A stretch of DNA of 64,000 nucleotides, taken from NCBI RefSeq assembly GCF_031769215.1, contig NW_026782145.1, forward strand, positions 930,001-994,000, in the 5' to 3' direction. The notes beneath the pieces were generated by a model. It ran no database searches. It saw only the letters and a program-made list of their open reading frames with translations, and had not been told where the DNA came from. Position numbers and translations under genes: made by a program. This document shows, piece after piece, positions 38,403-52,246 of this stretch. Source of the DNA: Ylistrum balloti (taxonomy: Eukaryota). Numbering within the stretch: position 1 is the stretch's first letter; each line of letters begins with the position of its first letter.

Positions 38403-39461
38403 GGAAGACATTTCTTACTAGTGGTAACTGTTACGTTGGCCAAAGTTCATTGATATAACTGGCAACCGAGGGCAATTTATCAAGATTGTCAGTGAAACAA
38501 TTAATTAGGTTTGCAAATGAATTATACACAGATAATTCTTTATTTTAATAATATAATAAAAAAGAAAGATAGCAAATATCGAAGTCATTTGGCATGGGTG
38601 CCTTCACAAATTGTCTACGCACAGATATAGGGCCTGACGTTATGGTTTACTAAACAATCTTTCATTCAGTGTCTGTACTGTTAAATATTAACGAAGGCCC
38701 TTGCATGCTGACCAAATTCTTACAGTCCCATATCATTTCTTCATGTTTGAAGTTACATGAAACCATTCATATTGTAAACAAGCATGGCGGCCATTCTAGA
38801 ATTTGACATATAACCTGATGACCTATCCATCCTGGGATGCAAAAGGCTATTGTAAACTTCCACTATGGCTTCTAAGTAGCCATGAAAGTCCAGAAGATAC
38901 TATTGTGATTCATATTAAAAGGTATGATTAATAAAATCCACAAAAATGTTATTTTCAATTAAATCTTCAAATCATCCTGTAAATGATTGCAAATGATGGT
39001 TCTAGATGATCTGTTTCAGTCACAAACACATGACAAGCAGGCACTCATAATAAACATCAGTACTATCTTGTACCAGTAACTGATAAAACTTCCCATTTTT
39101 TCTTTTTGTTTTCCCCATCCTGTAAAGTTTTTGTTCTTCGCATATTAATTGCACCGATATTGCACGCCCGACACACAAGGAAAAAGGTGCAGTTTATAAT
39201 CCAGAAAATATGGTAATATATAAAAAAAAGGTGTGTCAGATGTTATTAATTCCACAAAATAGTGGAGCTTCACTAAAATAAAGTATATATTCAGTGTGTT
39301 TTAAATCTATTTGTGACCAACATTAACACTCCAAAAATTTTTTTTACTACTTCACAAAACGTCAAAGGTCAAATGCTTTAAAGATACCATAAAAGCTAAG
39401 GTTTGAGTTTGTGTAGACTAAATTCTGCTAAAATTAGAGCTTTCTGAAAATGTTATACTTA

Positions 39462-40850
39462 CTGCAACATGTCTTTCTGCCCATTGTATTAGACTGTTAC
39501 TACAACATGTCTGTCTGCCCACTGTATTAGACTGTTACTACAACATGTCTGTCTGCCCACTGTATTAGACTGTTACTACAACATGTCTGCCTGCCCAGTG
39601 TATTAGACTGTTACTACAACATGTCTGCCTGCCCACTGTAGCAGACTGTTACTACCACATGTCTGTCTGTCTGTCCACTGTATTAGACTGTTACTACAAC
39701 ATGTCTGTCTGCCGACTGTATTAGACTGTTACTACAACATGTCTGTCTGCCCACTGTATTAGACTGTTACTACAACATGTCTGCCTGCCCACTGTATTAG
39801 ACTGTTACTACAACATGTCTGTCTGCCCACTGTATTAGACTGTTACTACAACATGTCTGCCTGCCCAGTGTATTAGACTATTACTACAACATGTCTGCCT
39901 GCCCACTGTAGCAGACTGTTACTACCACATGTCTGTCTGTCTGTCCACTGTATTAGACTGTTACTACAACATGTCTGTCTGCCGACTGTATTAGACTGTT
40001 ACTACAACATGTCTGTCTGTCCACTGTAGCAGACTGTTACTACCACATGTCTGTCTGTCTGCCCACTGTAGCAGACTGTAACTACAGCATGTCTGCCTGC
40101 CCACTGTATTAGACTGTTACTACAACATGTCTGTCTGCCCACTGTATTAGACTGTTACTACAACATGTCTGCCTGCCCACTGTATTAGACTGTTACTACA
40201 ACATGTCTGACTGCCCACTGTATTAGACTGTTACTACCACATGTCTGTCTGTCTGTCTACTGTATTACACTGTTACTACAACATGTCTGTCTGCCCACTG
40301 TATTAGACTGTTACTACAACATGTCTGTCTGCCCAATGTAGCAGACTGTAACTACCACATGTCTGTCTGTCTACTGTATTAGACTGTTACTACCACATGT
40401 CTGTCTGCCCACTGTATTAGACTGTTACTACCACATGTCTGCCTGCCCACTCTATTAGACTGTTACTACAACATGTCTGTCTGCCCACTGTAGCAGACTG
40501 TTACTACAACATGTCTGCCTGCCCACTGTATTAGACTGTTACTACAACATGTCTGCCTGCCCACTGTATTAGACTGTTACTACAACATGTCTGTCTGCCG
40601 ACTGTATTAGACTGTTACTACAACATGTCTGTCTGCCCACTGTATTAGACTGTTACTACAACATGTCTGCCTGCCCAGTGTAGCAGACTGTTACTACAAC
40701 ATGTCTGTCTGTCTGTCCACTGCATTAGACTGTTACTACAATATGTCTGTCTGTCCACTGTACCAGACTGTTACTACAATATGTCTTTCTGTCCACTCTA
40801 CCAGACCGTTACTACAATATGTCTTTGTTGCCTTTGTTCCACTATTACCA
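39462..40850. repeat. Minisatellite, 38-bp unit (ccactgtattagactgttactacaacatgtctgtctgc) with 42-bp variants
   Basis: Direct inspection; degenerates right up to the donor at 40861. Confidence 0.96.
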
Positions 40851-40860
40851 AGTAACTGAC

Positions 40861-40974
40861 CTGTGTCCATTTCTTCTGTTCCTGGCCAGGCTGTTTCTGA
40901 TTGGCGCACATAGGATGGAATTCCAGATTTTTCAAATGTCTCCACCAATTTATGAAGAATCTGAGCTTCTTCAA
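40861..40974 (-). CDS. AKAP13/ARHGEF28: Coding exon of the RhoGEF-like gene
   Basis: Acceptor cttttatttctatacttgcag|TT, donor ACAG|gtcagt; 114 nt, phase 1 to 1: (V)EEAQILHKLVETFEKSGIPSYVRQSETAWPGTEEMDT. Confidence 0.75.
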
Positions 40975-42329
40975 CTGCAAGTATAGAAATAAAAGACTTT
41001 TTAATCAGTAGAACATTGTCACAGCAAGACTTATTAGGATGGTATAGTAGCTCCCTAATCCTTTATAAATTTTTGTATTGCATCGCAATACTTGGATACA
41101 TGATTCTTTTTAAAATATTTTCTCTGCACCAAAACAAATTAAATATAATCACAAGTTGTCCTACAGATATCAGACAGATGACATATTTACTGAAGAAGAT
41201 GACACTGTGCTATTATGCTAGGTCCCCAAGCTTTCCCATGGTGCACCACTCCACACCATCAGACTTGTCTATCTGAAGTCTACAGCCATAATAACAGGCC
41301 AAGCAGTCCGTAAACAAATTTTTCTATCATTCTATTAAGATGTCCTACAGACTTGGTTTATGTAGCTAGATTTTTATATCTAATTATTTTGTGGAAAGAA
41401 GAATTACAGTACAGTTCAGATATGTGTTTGTACAATAACAGACATTTCCATTTATTACCATAGATAACCGTGTTAAGTCATTCATTCAAAATATATTATA
41501 AATATAGTATGTATCCATTCCAACTGACACATTATATAAAATGTCTAATGGAATTTATTTAAGTCTATAGATACAGTGTCTCAGCGAAACCAAGAAGAGT
41601 TATTCCCCTTTATAAATCAAAAGGATCTTCAGAATATCACAAAACCTGCTGGAGCAAATCAGCATTTTTTAATTTCCTTTTTCAAGAACTCATCTTTTTT
41701 TTTATTTCACATATGTAATGTTATTAAGGATTCTATGAAATACTAAAGTAGTTGGGTTGGAAAATAAATAAACAAAATAAAATCCTGCATCACAGGTTTA
41801 TATTATACGCACAAATTCAATATTTCACTGACATTATGTGATGACATAATGTATACCTAGTTGAAGTATATCTTACTTAATGGTAGATTAGAAGATGGGA
41901 TAATGGCAGAAAGATCAAAGCTTGTAGGAGCCCTAGATTAGTAGAAAAATTACCAATCTGTATCAGTGGAGCTCTTTCATGCTCGACTATTGATCCCACA
42001 CCGACACTAGAAATCCTGCTCCGAGCTATATTTGTCACATAAATTTTTCAATACAAACAAAAACAAAAAGAGGGGTGATAAATAAACCTGCCATGAAACG
42101 TTCCCGTTCAGTTTTTCTACGTCAGAGATTTGTAGAGATTTATGAATTTGTTAAATGAAGTAAGGTGATCGCAGCAGTAAACAGTGTAGATAATTACAGT
42201 ATGGCACTAAATAAACAGATTCTCTTGCTCCTAAATATCTTCCTCATGTATGTTTTTTCAGAAAAATAATACTGATCTTCAATTTTTTACTGTGATGACT
42301 TAATCCAAATGATAAACTTTCACTAAGAT

Positions 42330-43905
42330 GGCCCTATGAGATTATCTCTAGACAGACAGAAGGCCCTAGGAGTTTATCTCTAGACAGACAGAAGGACTTA
42401 GGAGTTTATCTCTAGACAGACAGAAGGACTTAGGAGTTTATCTCTAGACAGACAGAAGGCCCTAGGAGTTTATCTCTAGACAGAGAGAAGGCCCTAGGAG
42501 TTTATCTCTAGACAGACAGAAGGCCCTATGAGTTTATCCACTGTCAGAAGGAAGGCCCTCACATGAGTTTATCCACTGTCAGGAGGAAGGGCCTATGAGT
42601 TTATCCCCAGTCAGGAGGAAGGCCCTATGAGTTCATCCCCAGTCAGGAGAAATGGCCCTATGAGTTTATCCACTGTCAGGAGGAAGGGCCTATGAGTTTA
42701 TCCCCAGTCAGGAGGAAGGCCCTATGAGTTCATCCCCAGTCAGGAGAAATGGCCCTATGAGTTTATCCACTGTCAGGAGGAAGGGCCTATGAGTTTATCC
42801 CCAGTCAGGAGGAAGGCCCTATGAGTTCATCCCCAGTCAGGAGAAATGGCCCTATGAGTTTATCCACTGTCAGGAGGAAGGGCCTATGAGTTAATCCCCA
42901 GTCAGGAGGAAGGCCCTATGAGTTCATCCCCAGTCAGGAGAAATGGCCCTATGAGTTTATCCACTGTCAGGAGGAAGGGCCTAGGAGTTTATCCCCAGTC
43001 AGGAGGAAGGCCCTATGAGTTCATCCCCAGTCAGGAGAAATGGCCCTATGAGTTTATCCACTGTCAGGAGGAAGGGCCTATGAGTTTATCCCCAGTCAGG
43101 AGGAAGTCCCTATGAGTTCATCCCCAGTCAGGAGAAATGGCCCTATGAGTTTATCCACTGTCAGGAGGAAGGGCCTATGAGTTAATCCCCAGTCAGGAGG
43201 AAATCCCTATGAGTTTATCCCCAGTCAGGAGGAAGGCCCTATGAGTTTATCCACTGTCAGGAGAAATGGCTCTGTGAGTTTATTGCCACTCAGGAGGAAG
43301 GGCCTATGAGTTTATTATCCCTAGTCAGGAGAAATGGCCCTATGAGTTTATCCAAAGTTAGAAGGAAGGCCCTATGAGTTTATCCCCAGTCAGGAGAAAT
43401 GGCCCTATGAGTTTATCCCCAGTCAGGAGGAAGGGCCTATGAGTTAATCCCTAGTCAGGAGGAAATCCCTATGAGTTTATCCCCAGTTAGAAGGAAGGCC
43501 CTATGAGTTTATCCCCAGTCAGGAGAAATGGCCCTATGAGTTTATCCCCAGTCAGGAGGAAGGGCCTATGAGTTAATTGCCAGTCAGGATAAATGGCCCT
43601 ATGAGTTTATCCACTGTCAGGAGGAATGCCCTATGAGTTAATCCCCAGTCAGGAGAAATGGCCCTATGAGTTTATCCCCAGTCAGGAGGAAGGGCCTATG
43701 AGTTAATCGCCAGTCAGGAGAAATGGCCCTATGAGTTTATCCACTGTCAGGAGGAATGTCCTATGAGTTAATCCCCAGTCAGGAGAAATGGCCCTATGAG
43801 TTTATCCCCAGTCAGGAGGAAATCCCTATGAGTTAATCCCTAGTCAGAAGAAAGGCCCTACAAGCTTATCCCTATTGAGAAAGAAGGCAATATGATTCCC
43901 AGTCA
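42330..43905. repeat. Minisatellite, 32/33-bp unit (ggccctatgagtttatccccagtcaggaggaa) with a 97-bp trimeric higher-order repeat
   Basis: gttcatcccc recurs at 42631 and 42728 (97 bp); a distinct subfamily (ctctagacagacag) occupies 42330-42540. Confidence 0.95.
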
Positions 43906-43952
43906 GAAATACTTGTTTAAAAATCTGGAGAGAATATCAGGGCTGAACCCAC

Positions 43953-44068
43953 CTAAAGATCTCTGCAGGTACGTGCTGAGGGAGACCTCTCGGTTGTCAT
44001 AGTAACTGATGATGCCCTCATTGGTCTTTATAGGTTTGTTTTCTACTTTAACAAAGTGAGAGTTGTAT
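43953..44068 (-). CDS. AKAP13/ARHGEF28: Next coding exon of the RhoGEF-like gene (post-ankyrin region)
   Basis: Strong acceptor ccttttctgtcttttgcag|A, donor TTAG|gtgggt; 116 nt, phase 2 to 1, open in the frame required by the previous exon: (E)YNSHFVKVENKPIKTNEGIISYYDNREVSLSTYLQRSL. Confidence 0.75.
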
Positions 44069-44624
44069 CTGCAAAAGACAGAAAAGGAACATATTCATTA
44101 TCTATATACAATCACTAATAACTAACAACAGTAACAATTTTTTTTATTTAAATGATAAATGATTGGATCAAAATTAAATTACATGAAATGTTTGTCTCTT
44201 AAAACTTGCAATTAAAATGTTGTGGGCGATATATGTCCCTTAAGGCTTGTGATACTCCTTTATCAGTTACAGCAGTAATAACATGTACTACAATCCTCTT
44301 GGCCAATGTTGACTGTCCTCTCCCACATCATGCTGGGGGTTTCTTTACTGAGGGTCACTTGTATTATGTAACGTGTCACCAGCATTATGCTATGTATCCA
44401 ACAAGATAATAAAGAGTGTGAATGATACACAGCTCAGCATGCTGTACACTTCCTGTATCTTGTGAAACACTAACTGTTGATAGTATGTGTAAGGAAACTC
44501 CTTATCAGTATATTTATACTTGATATTTACCTAATACACAGTCCTAACACTTCTAACATTAACACATGAGAGCACAGCCAGTACATTACAGCTGTCAGAT
44601 ATACTAAACTTTACACTAACTAGA

Positions 44625-46748
44625 TACCAACAAGGTCAAATCTTCACCAATTGTCATTGTCAAAGTCAAATGTTCACTAATAAGATATCAAAAGGGTCAA
44701 ATGTTCACTTATTAGGCATAAATAATGTCAAATGTTCACTAATAAGACATCATTCATGTCAAATGTTCACTAATTAAACATCATTATGTCAAATGTTCAA
44801 TAATTAAACATCATTCAAGTCAAATGTTCACTAATTAAACATCATTCATGTCAAATGTTCACTAATTAAACATCATTATGTCAAATGTTCAATAATTAAA
44901 CATCATTCAAGTCAAATGTTCACTAAATAGACATCATTCATGTCAAATGTTCACTAATTAGACATCATTCATGTCAAATGTTCACTAATTAGACATCATT
45001 CATGTCAAATGTTCACTAATTAGACATCATTCATGTCAAATGTTCACTAATTAGACATCATTCATGTCAAATGTTCACTAATTAGACATCATTCATGTCA
45101 AATGTTCACTAATTAGACATCATTCATGTCAAATGTTCACTAATTAGTCATCATTATGTCAAATGTTCACTAATTAGACATCATTATGTCAAATGTTCAC
45201 TAATTAGACATCATTCATGTCAAATGTTCACTAATTAGTCATCATTCATGTCAAATGTTCACTAATTAGACATCATTATGTCAAATGTTCACTTATTTGT
45301 CATCATTCATGTCAAATGTTCACTAAATAGACATCATTCATGTCAAATGTTCACTTATTTGTCATCAATCATGTCAAATGTTCACTAATTAGACATCGTT
45401 ATGTCAAATGTTCATTAAACAGACATCATTCATGTCAAATGTTCACTAATTAGTCATCATTCATGTCAAATGTTCACTAATTAGACATCAACAATGTCAA
45501 ATGTTCACTAAATAGACATCATTCATGTCAAATGTTCACTAATTAGACATCATTCATGTAAAATGTTCACTAAATAGACATCATTCATGTCAAATGTTCA
45601 CTAATTAGACATCAACAATGTCAAATGTCAAATGTCATCATTATGTCAAATGTTCACTTATTAGTCATCATTTATGTCAAATGTTCACTAATTAGATATC
45701 ATTCATGTCAAATGTTCACTAATTAGACATCATTCATGTCAAATGTTCACTAATTAGACATCATTATGTCAAATGTTCACTAATTAGACATCAACAATGT
45801 CAAATGTTCACTATTTAGTCATCATTATGTCAAATGTTCACTTATTAGTCATCATTTATGTCAAATGTTCACTAATTAGATATCATTCATGTCAAATGTT
45901 CACTAATTAGACATCATTCATGTCAAATGTTCACTAATTAGACATCATTCATGTCAAATGTTCACTAATTAGACATCATTCATGTCAAATGTTCACTAAT
46001 TAGTCATCATTCATGTCAAATGTTCACTTATTTGTCATCATTCATGTCAAATGTTCACTAATTAGACATCATTCATGTCAAATGTTCACTAATTAGACAT
46101 CATTCATGTCAAATGTTCACTAATTAGACATCATTATGTCAAATGTTCACAAATGTTTAATTAGTCATCATTAATGTCAAATGTTCACTAATTAGACATC
46201 ATTCATGTCAAATGTTCACTAATAAGACATCATTCATGTCAAATGTTCACTAATTAGACATCATTCATGTCAAATGTTCACTAAATAGACATCATTCATG
46301 TCAAATGTTCACTAATAAGTCATCATTCATGTCAAATGTTCACTAATTAGTTCACATCATTCATGTCAAATGTTCACTAATTAGACATCATGTTCACTAA
46401 TTAGATATCAATGTCAAATGTCAAATGTTCACTAATTAGACATCAAATGTTCATGTCAAATGTTCACTAATTAGACATCATTCATGTCAAATGTTCACTA
46501 ATTAGACATCATTCATGTCAAATGTTCACTAATTAGTCATCATTCATGTCAAATGTTCACTAATTAGACATCATTCATGTCAACTGTTCACTAATTAGTC
46601 ATCATTCATGTCAAATGTTCACTAATTAGACATCATTCATGTGAAATGTTCACTAATTAGTCATCATTATGTCAAATGTTCACTTATTAGTCATCATTAA
46701 TGTCAAATGTTCACTAATTAGATATCATTCATGTCAAATGTTCACTTA
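44625..46748. repeat. Minisatellite, 30/31-bp unit (gtcaaatgttcactaattagacatcattcat)
   Basis: Direct inspection. Confidence 0.97.
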
Positions 46749-47048
46749 CTGAATTACATATAACTTTTAAGAGTTGTGGGCAGTCGATAAACAACTATAA
46801 AAAAAAAATCATAGCACAAAATATATAATACTTATTTGATACAAAAAACAGTGCATTGGTACTTGTGCACAGGAAAATCATACTAAACACAGTGTTTAAG
46901 TTGACATCTTGAAAAAAAGTGTCCTGTGTTTGAACTTATCACTTGGACATGAGTCAATGAGGAAATCTGCCTTTATATAGATAAACAAACAATATATTGA
47001 TACAAACAAGATGCTAAGCTGTCTACAGGTTGACTGTGCTAGACTTAC

Positions 47049-47241
47049 TCTGTTAGTATCTCACTGAGGTCAGTGAAGCCCTGTTCAGCAGCTATATCCC
47101 TCGGCAGGTTTCCAAGAGGATTGGATATGGATAAGCACTGTTCACTCCCTGGTTTGTTGAGCAGAAAGAGTGTGACTTTGTTTAACCCTAATCGTGCTGT
47201 GAAATGTAACAAAGTTTCCCTCGTCTGGTTATCCGGATTCT
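47049..47241 (-). CDS. AKAP13/ARHGEF28: Exon of AKAP13/ARHGEF28-like RhoGEF, ankyrin-like repeats
   Basis: Acceptor ggttgcag|AG, donor ACAGA|gtaagt; 193 nt, phase 1 to 2. Peptide RETLLHFTARLGLNKVTLFLLNKPGSEQCLSISNPLGNLPRDIAAEQGFTDLSEILTE closely parallels the recalled AKAP13 RETLMHFAVRLGLLRLTWFLLQKPGGRGALSIHNQEGATPVSLALERGYHKLHQLLTE. Confidence 0.92.
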
Positions 47242-48534
47242 CTGCAACCAAATATTAGATATGTTTTTAAAACTTTGAAAAGACATTGTTTCAATTTTCA
47301 CAATTTCTTAAAAAGCGTTGAGATATAGGTATATGATACAGATAGCATCTTTGTCAAACTAATAACACATATGATATCCTAAACTGTATGTCAACAAACA
47401 CACTCCTGACCACTCATACTTTCCAGCTAGTGATCATGACCCACATCCTGACAAATAACTCTGATCTGTTAACAATCTGTTTACTTAGAAATCATTAAAG
47501 AAAATCAAAATCATATAACCTATGTCATTGACATTAAATCATGACAATTTAATACAAGTCTGATATCTCTGCATTCTATATTTGGTAGCTTACAGTGGTA
47601 CACCTATAAAAAGTAAACACCTGACATACGACCACATATCCCTACTTGTACAGTTTGATCCTAAGTGGAGTTAAAATGCGAGTTACAACGTCAACATATT
47701 GACACAGATTTGTGAACTAGACAGATTTACACAACCTAATTCTTTTCCTATTAGTGTCATTATTATAGACAGGTTGACGAGGTCTTGATGATGGTGTAAA
47801 TCATAATGAGGCAGGAAACCTGTTTTGTGGTTTATAAGGGATATTGGCCCCAGACAAGGGCGACAGTGTGGAACTGGTTGATGGAGAATAAACGGATGAT
47901 CTAGTAACCTAATCAACTTCACTCAGTTGCTCCAATCTCATCACCATCAGTAAACCATGACACATGTAATAGGTAGGAAGTTCTGATCCATGTAATAAAG
48001 ACTAGGACCCATATGATAGATAGAAAGCTGGGACCCATGTTAGAGTTAGAAAACTATGATGCATGTAATAAATAGAAACTATGACAGGTTATAAATAGAT
48101 ATAGATATAAGAGTTACTTACAAGATTGGAAATCTCTGCCAAAGAATAATGCTATTTTTTGACAGATAGCAGAAAAAAAAAATATCAAAAATTAAAACTC
48201 TTCCAGCAGCAAAATGCACCAAGAGAATGCTAGTTTGTACAAAGTGAACAAAGTTTCAGGTAGTTTTTAAACAGTTTTATCACCATACTCTTGGAACCAT
48301 GAAATTTACTATTTTGTCTTTTTGTTTATTTGCGAAAGAGGCCATGGTAACAAGAAAAATGAAAAAAACAAGAAAACTCCTCTAATGCAAAAAGTACAAC
48401 TAGAGTGAAAGAATGATAAGTGGACACAGTTTAGGGCAGTTATCCTGAATGGTTTTGACATTTTAATCCAGAAACAGCTAAATCTGTAGTTTTGCCTGTT
48501 TCCATGGTAATAAAAAACAAATATATACATATTG

Positions 48535-49500
48535 AAATAAGCCCATGGGCCTTAACTGTCACCTGACTAGAGCCAGAACACTGTAACTTATATCCAATTG
48601 GTCCCATTATTGAACTCCTTCAAGGTCTTAAAGCTAATAATGCAAGTTAAAAAACTTCCATGTTAAAACAAAAACTTTAAAGGTTATCTGACTATAAATA
48701 CATATATATTAAAGAGGCTAAATATGCCTAAAATAAATTGCTCAACTGCTCTACAGCTCGCCAAGGAGACAATTTTGGTTCATAAAAGCATTTTCTGCAA
48801 ACTTGAAATCAAATTCTTTATAGATGCTACTACACAAGTGGTATTACTCTGAAGCTATTGCTTGTTGAAAAAGAAATTTTAAGATCATAACTAATGGTCA
48901 AGGTCAATTATTTGAACAAATCGGTAGCCCTTTATTCACTTATATTACAGAACCAGTATCAACAGCCTAGACCTTTCTGTTATTGAGAAGAAGTTGTTTG
49001 AAAATTATAACACATCTGACACCTGTGACATTTAAAAAGAGAAAAGTAAATCACATGAACAAAATTGGTAGCCCTTTATCCCAGCATGCTACAGGCCCAA
49101 TATCAGCACCCTGGGCCTATTTGTTATTGAGAAGAAGTCATTTGAATAGAAAGTTTATGCACCACGTTATCAAGTTTGCTGCATCAAAATCAGTTTATGT
49201 TAATTAGAGGCATTGTGTTTACGAGGTCCAATGGCAATAAAACTGCAAAGGGCAATAAATCTACAAATAGCTATCAAATCATTTTCATTGAAAAACTCAT
49301 CCAAGATCTTATAAATAGAAGCTGAACACCAAATTTCATCAAAGTCTGCATATTTACTCAAGTTCTCATGTTCACAAAATCCATTATAACTGTAAAGGGC
49401 CATCAATCTGCAAATAAAACTCGAATTGGTCTCATTGTCATGTCATTGTCATCTCATGAGGGATCTTATTGATATATGGCTACAGACCAAATATACCATA
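48535..49500 (+). mobile_element. Degenerate non-autonomous element with about 150-bp internal core repeats (Helentron/HINE-like)
   Basis: Start gcccatgggccttaactgtcacctg; repeated ggtcaaggtca...tgaacaaa...ggtagccctttat...ttattgagaagaagt cores. The family label is an inference from bivalve element architecture. Confidence 0.5.
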
Positions 49501-50884
49501 TACCTAAATTTTATGATTTGGCTGATCTGTTTCCATGGTAACAGAAAAAGTATATACATGGAGAACTTCTCCATAGTAGGAAGCATTACTAAGAAACTAG
49601 TTTGATATCTGAGCAAAGGTTTGACAAGATATTTTAACAGTATCAGACCTCTGGTCCAGAAAAATCCATTTACCTTAAATTCATAATATGGCTTGCCTAT
49701 TATCTGTTTCTATGGTAACAAAAAAATCCTACACATTTAAATGGAAAACTTCTTCAAACCAGAAGGCACTACTGAAGCACAAGCCTGATAGCTGTATTAA
49801 ATTTTAATTGGCTTCAGACCTCTGGACAGATGGAACTCCAAATTACTAAGTCCTGTGAAAGACATATATGTACAAAATCTCTGATCCACAGCCATTTTCT
49901 TTTTATAAAACTGATTTTTATTTTACAAAAGCTATTTTGTAAATATCATGAACACTGGGCTAATCCATCAATAATCAATAGAACAACAAGCATGTAATGT
50001 ATATACATATATTTTCTGTGGATTGAGTCACTGTTAGGACAAAACAATTTGCATATTTACATATCAATCATATCAGAGGAATGCTAATGAAGAGTAATTA
50101 AAATGTATATTTATCAAAGTGACATTTCTCATTGGTGACTTTAAATACCATCAAACAAACATTTAGGTGATCTCCTACGTAAAGTGTATGGTAGAGTTCT
50201 CAGAATACCGACTCCAAGTTTGACAACTCCAAAAATATTACCAAGGAGTAGGACATACATAGTTCATCAACTGGTACAAGATATTTCTGATATTTGAAAT
50301 ATTGACAAATAGAAAATTTATGTTTCAGATCAAATAAAAGTGATAAAATTAAATGAATTATTAAGACAGAACAAAGGAATGAAATACAATATAAATGATT
50401 CCAATGTGATCTAGGACGATACCAGATAGATAATTGATCTGACAAGGTATACATATTGTGTAATGTAAATCAAAGCATCATATCTAAACTTTTAATGACA
50501 ATTTCACACACTCCAAATTCATTCCCTAAAGACCACCATTAATATGTTGTTATCTTAACTAGATACTGCTAAGGTCTGTGCTATAGGAGAGATAGACAAT
50601 CTACAAGCACAAAAATAATTTTGAAAGCCAATACTATGGTGAGGACATTGGGCGACAAATGGTTGAATTTTTTCTCTGTGTTTTCTTAAATTTTGAAGCA
50701 CATTTATGTAAGAATGCAACCAAAATTAGAGATGTATCACATACAAATTTTCTCATAAAGATAAAGTAAATTTGTATCTATACTTCCATCTAATAACTAT
50801 ACCTCACAGTTGATCTACAGATTTGGACCTTACCTAAATCAACGTCACCGACACCAAATTATGTTTTACATAAAGAATACCAAC

Positions 50885-51585
50885 ATCAATTTTTTTTGTT
50901 CAGCACCAAGAACACCTATGTCATATAAATTTTTCTGAGCCAAGAACACCTCTGCCATATTATCTGTTCTGCATCAAGAACACCTATGTTATATCATTTG
51001 TTCTGCACCAAGAGTGTCTATATCATATCATTTGAACAGCACCAAGAACACATCTGTCATATTATTCTTTCTGCACCAAGAACACATCTGTCATATTATT
51101 CTTTCTGCACCAAGAACACATCTGTCATATTATTCTTTCTGTATTATTCTTTCTGCACCAAGAACACATCTGTCATATTATTCTTTCTGCACCAAGAACA
51201 CATCTGTCATATCATTCTTTCTGCACCAAGAACACATCTGTCATATTATTCTTTCTGCACCAAGAACACATCTGTCATATCATTCTTTCTGCACCAAGAA
51301 CACATCTGTCATATTATTCTTTCTGCATCTGTCAAACCATTTGTGTTGTATGAAGAATACCAATGTCATATTATTTGTGCTGCACCAAGAACACCTACAT
51401 CATATTATTTGTTCAACACCCGAGAGCATTTACATCATATTATTTGTTCTGCAATAAGAACACCTACATCATATTATTTGTGCTGTACCAAGAACACCTC
51501 TGTCATATTATTTTGTTCTGCAACAACAACACCTCTGTCATATTATTTGTGCTGTACCAAGAACACCTATGTCAAATCATTTCCC
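50885..51585. repeat. Minisatellite, about 34-bp unit (ttctgcaccaagaacacatctgtcatattattct)
   Basis: Homogeneous centre, degenerate flanks. Confidence 0.92.
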
Positions 51586-51949
51586 TCTGAAGCACTACAT
51601 TGTAGGTATCTTTTTTCAGAAAAATCAATTTTTGGCAACTGGATGTTGAAGTAAATCCTTGAATATTTCAGTTTCTGTAAAAAAGAAACCAGTGGGTTTA
51701 CAATATGTATTGCCACCTTCTTATCAGATATTTGTGACCAGATTTAAAAGTCACAGTATCTTAAATCATTAATGTGTCAGGTTCATTTAAATTTTAAAAT
51801 GACAAAAAGAATAAAAAAACTAAACACTAAAGAAGACAAGCATATGAACAGTTCACTGAAACAAAAACAAAGGTGTCCTACAAGAGAAACATGACAAAAT
51901 GGTTTGTTCAAACAGCGAAATCAGGAATCACATCCATTATCATACTGAC

Positions 51950-52246
51950 CCAGTGGGGAGGTAGATCCCAGTAAATGCCACCAGTCTGGTATGTCCAAGA
52001 AATTTAACGCTTTCTGGAGTCGGTCATCCAAAGTGTCCAGAATCTCGTTAGAAAGATCAAAGTAGTCTGATCGGATAAGTTCAAGGTCGTCTAATGCAGT
52101 GACGTTGTATACACTCTCCACAAGGAACTGGGCCATATAGAATGCACTGTCATAGTAAAATCGGAATGGGGTACCACCCAGAATACTGCACTCATTACCA
52201 TGGAAACACAGGATGCTCAACTGAACAGATTCTTCTCTATGATGTG
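51950..52246 (-). CDS. AKAP13/ARHGEF28: Exon of AKAP13/ARHGEF28-like RhoGEF, remainder of the DBB-like domain
   Basis: Acceptor tttgtttctttcag|CA, donor CTGG|gtcagt; 297 nt, phase 1 to 1. Peptide (A)HHREESVQLSILCF...AFYMAQFL...LDDRLQKALNFLDIPDWWHLLGSTSPL resembles the recalled AKAP13 GHDCCETVKVQL...AYDAAQFL...LDKKLVLAFRHLKLPTEWNVLG. Confidence 0.9.

Noticed and set aside
47049-47241. Alternative assignment to PIK3AP1/BANK1/Dof
   Set aside because: Those share a DBB-ankyrin layout, but RETL.HF..RLGL...T.FLL.KPG....LSI.N and the upstream exons match AKAP13/ARHGEF28 better, as far as I recall.
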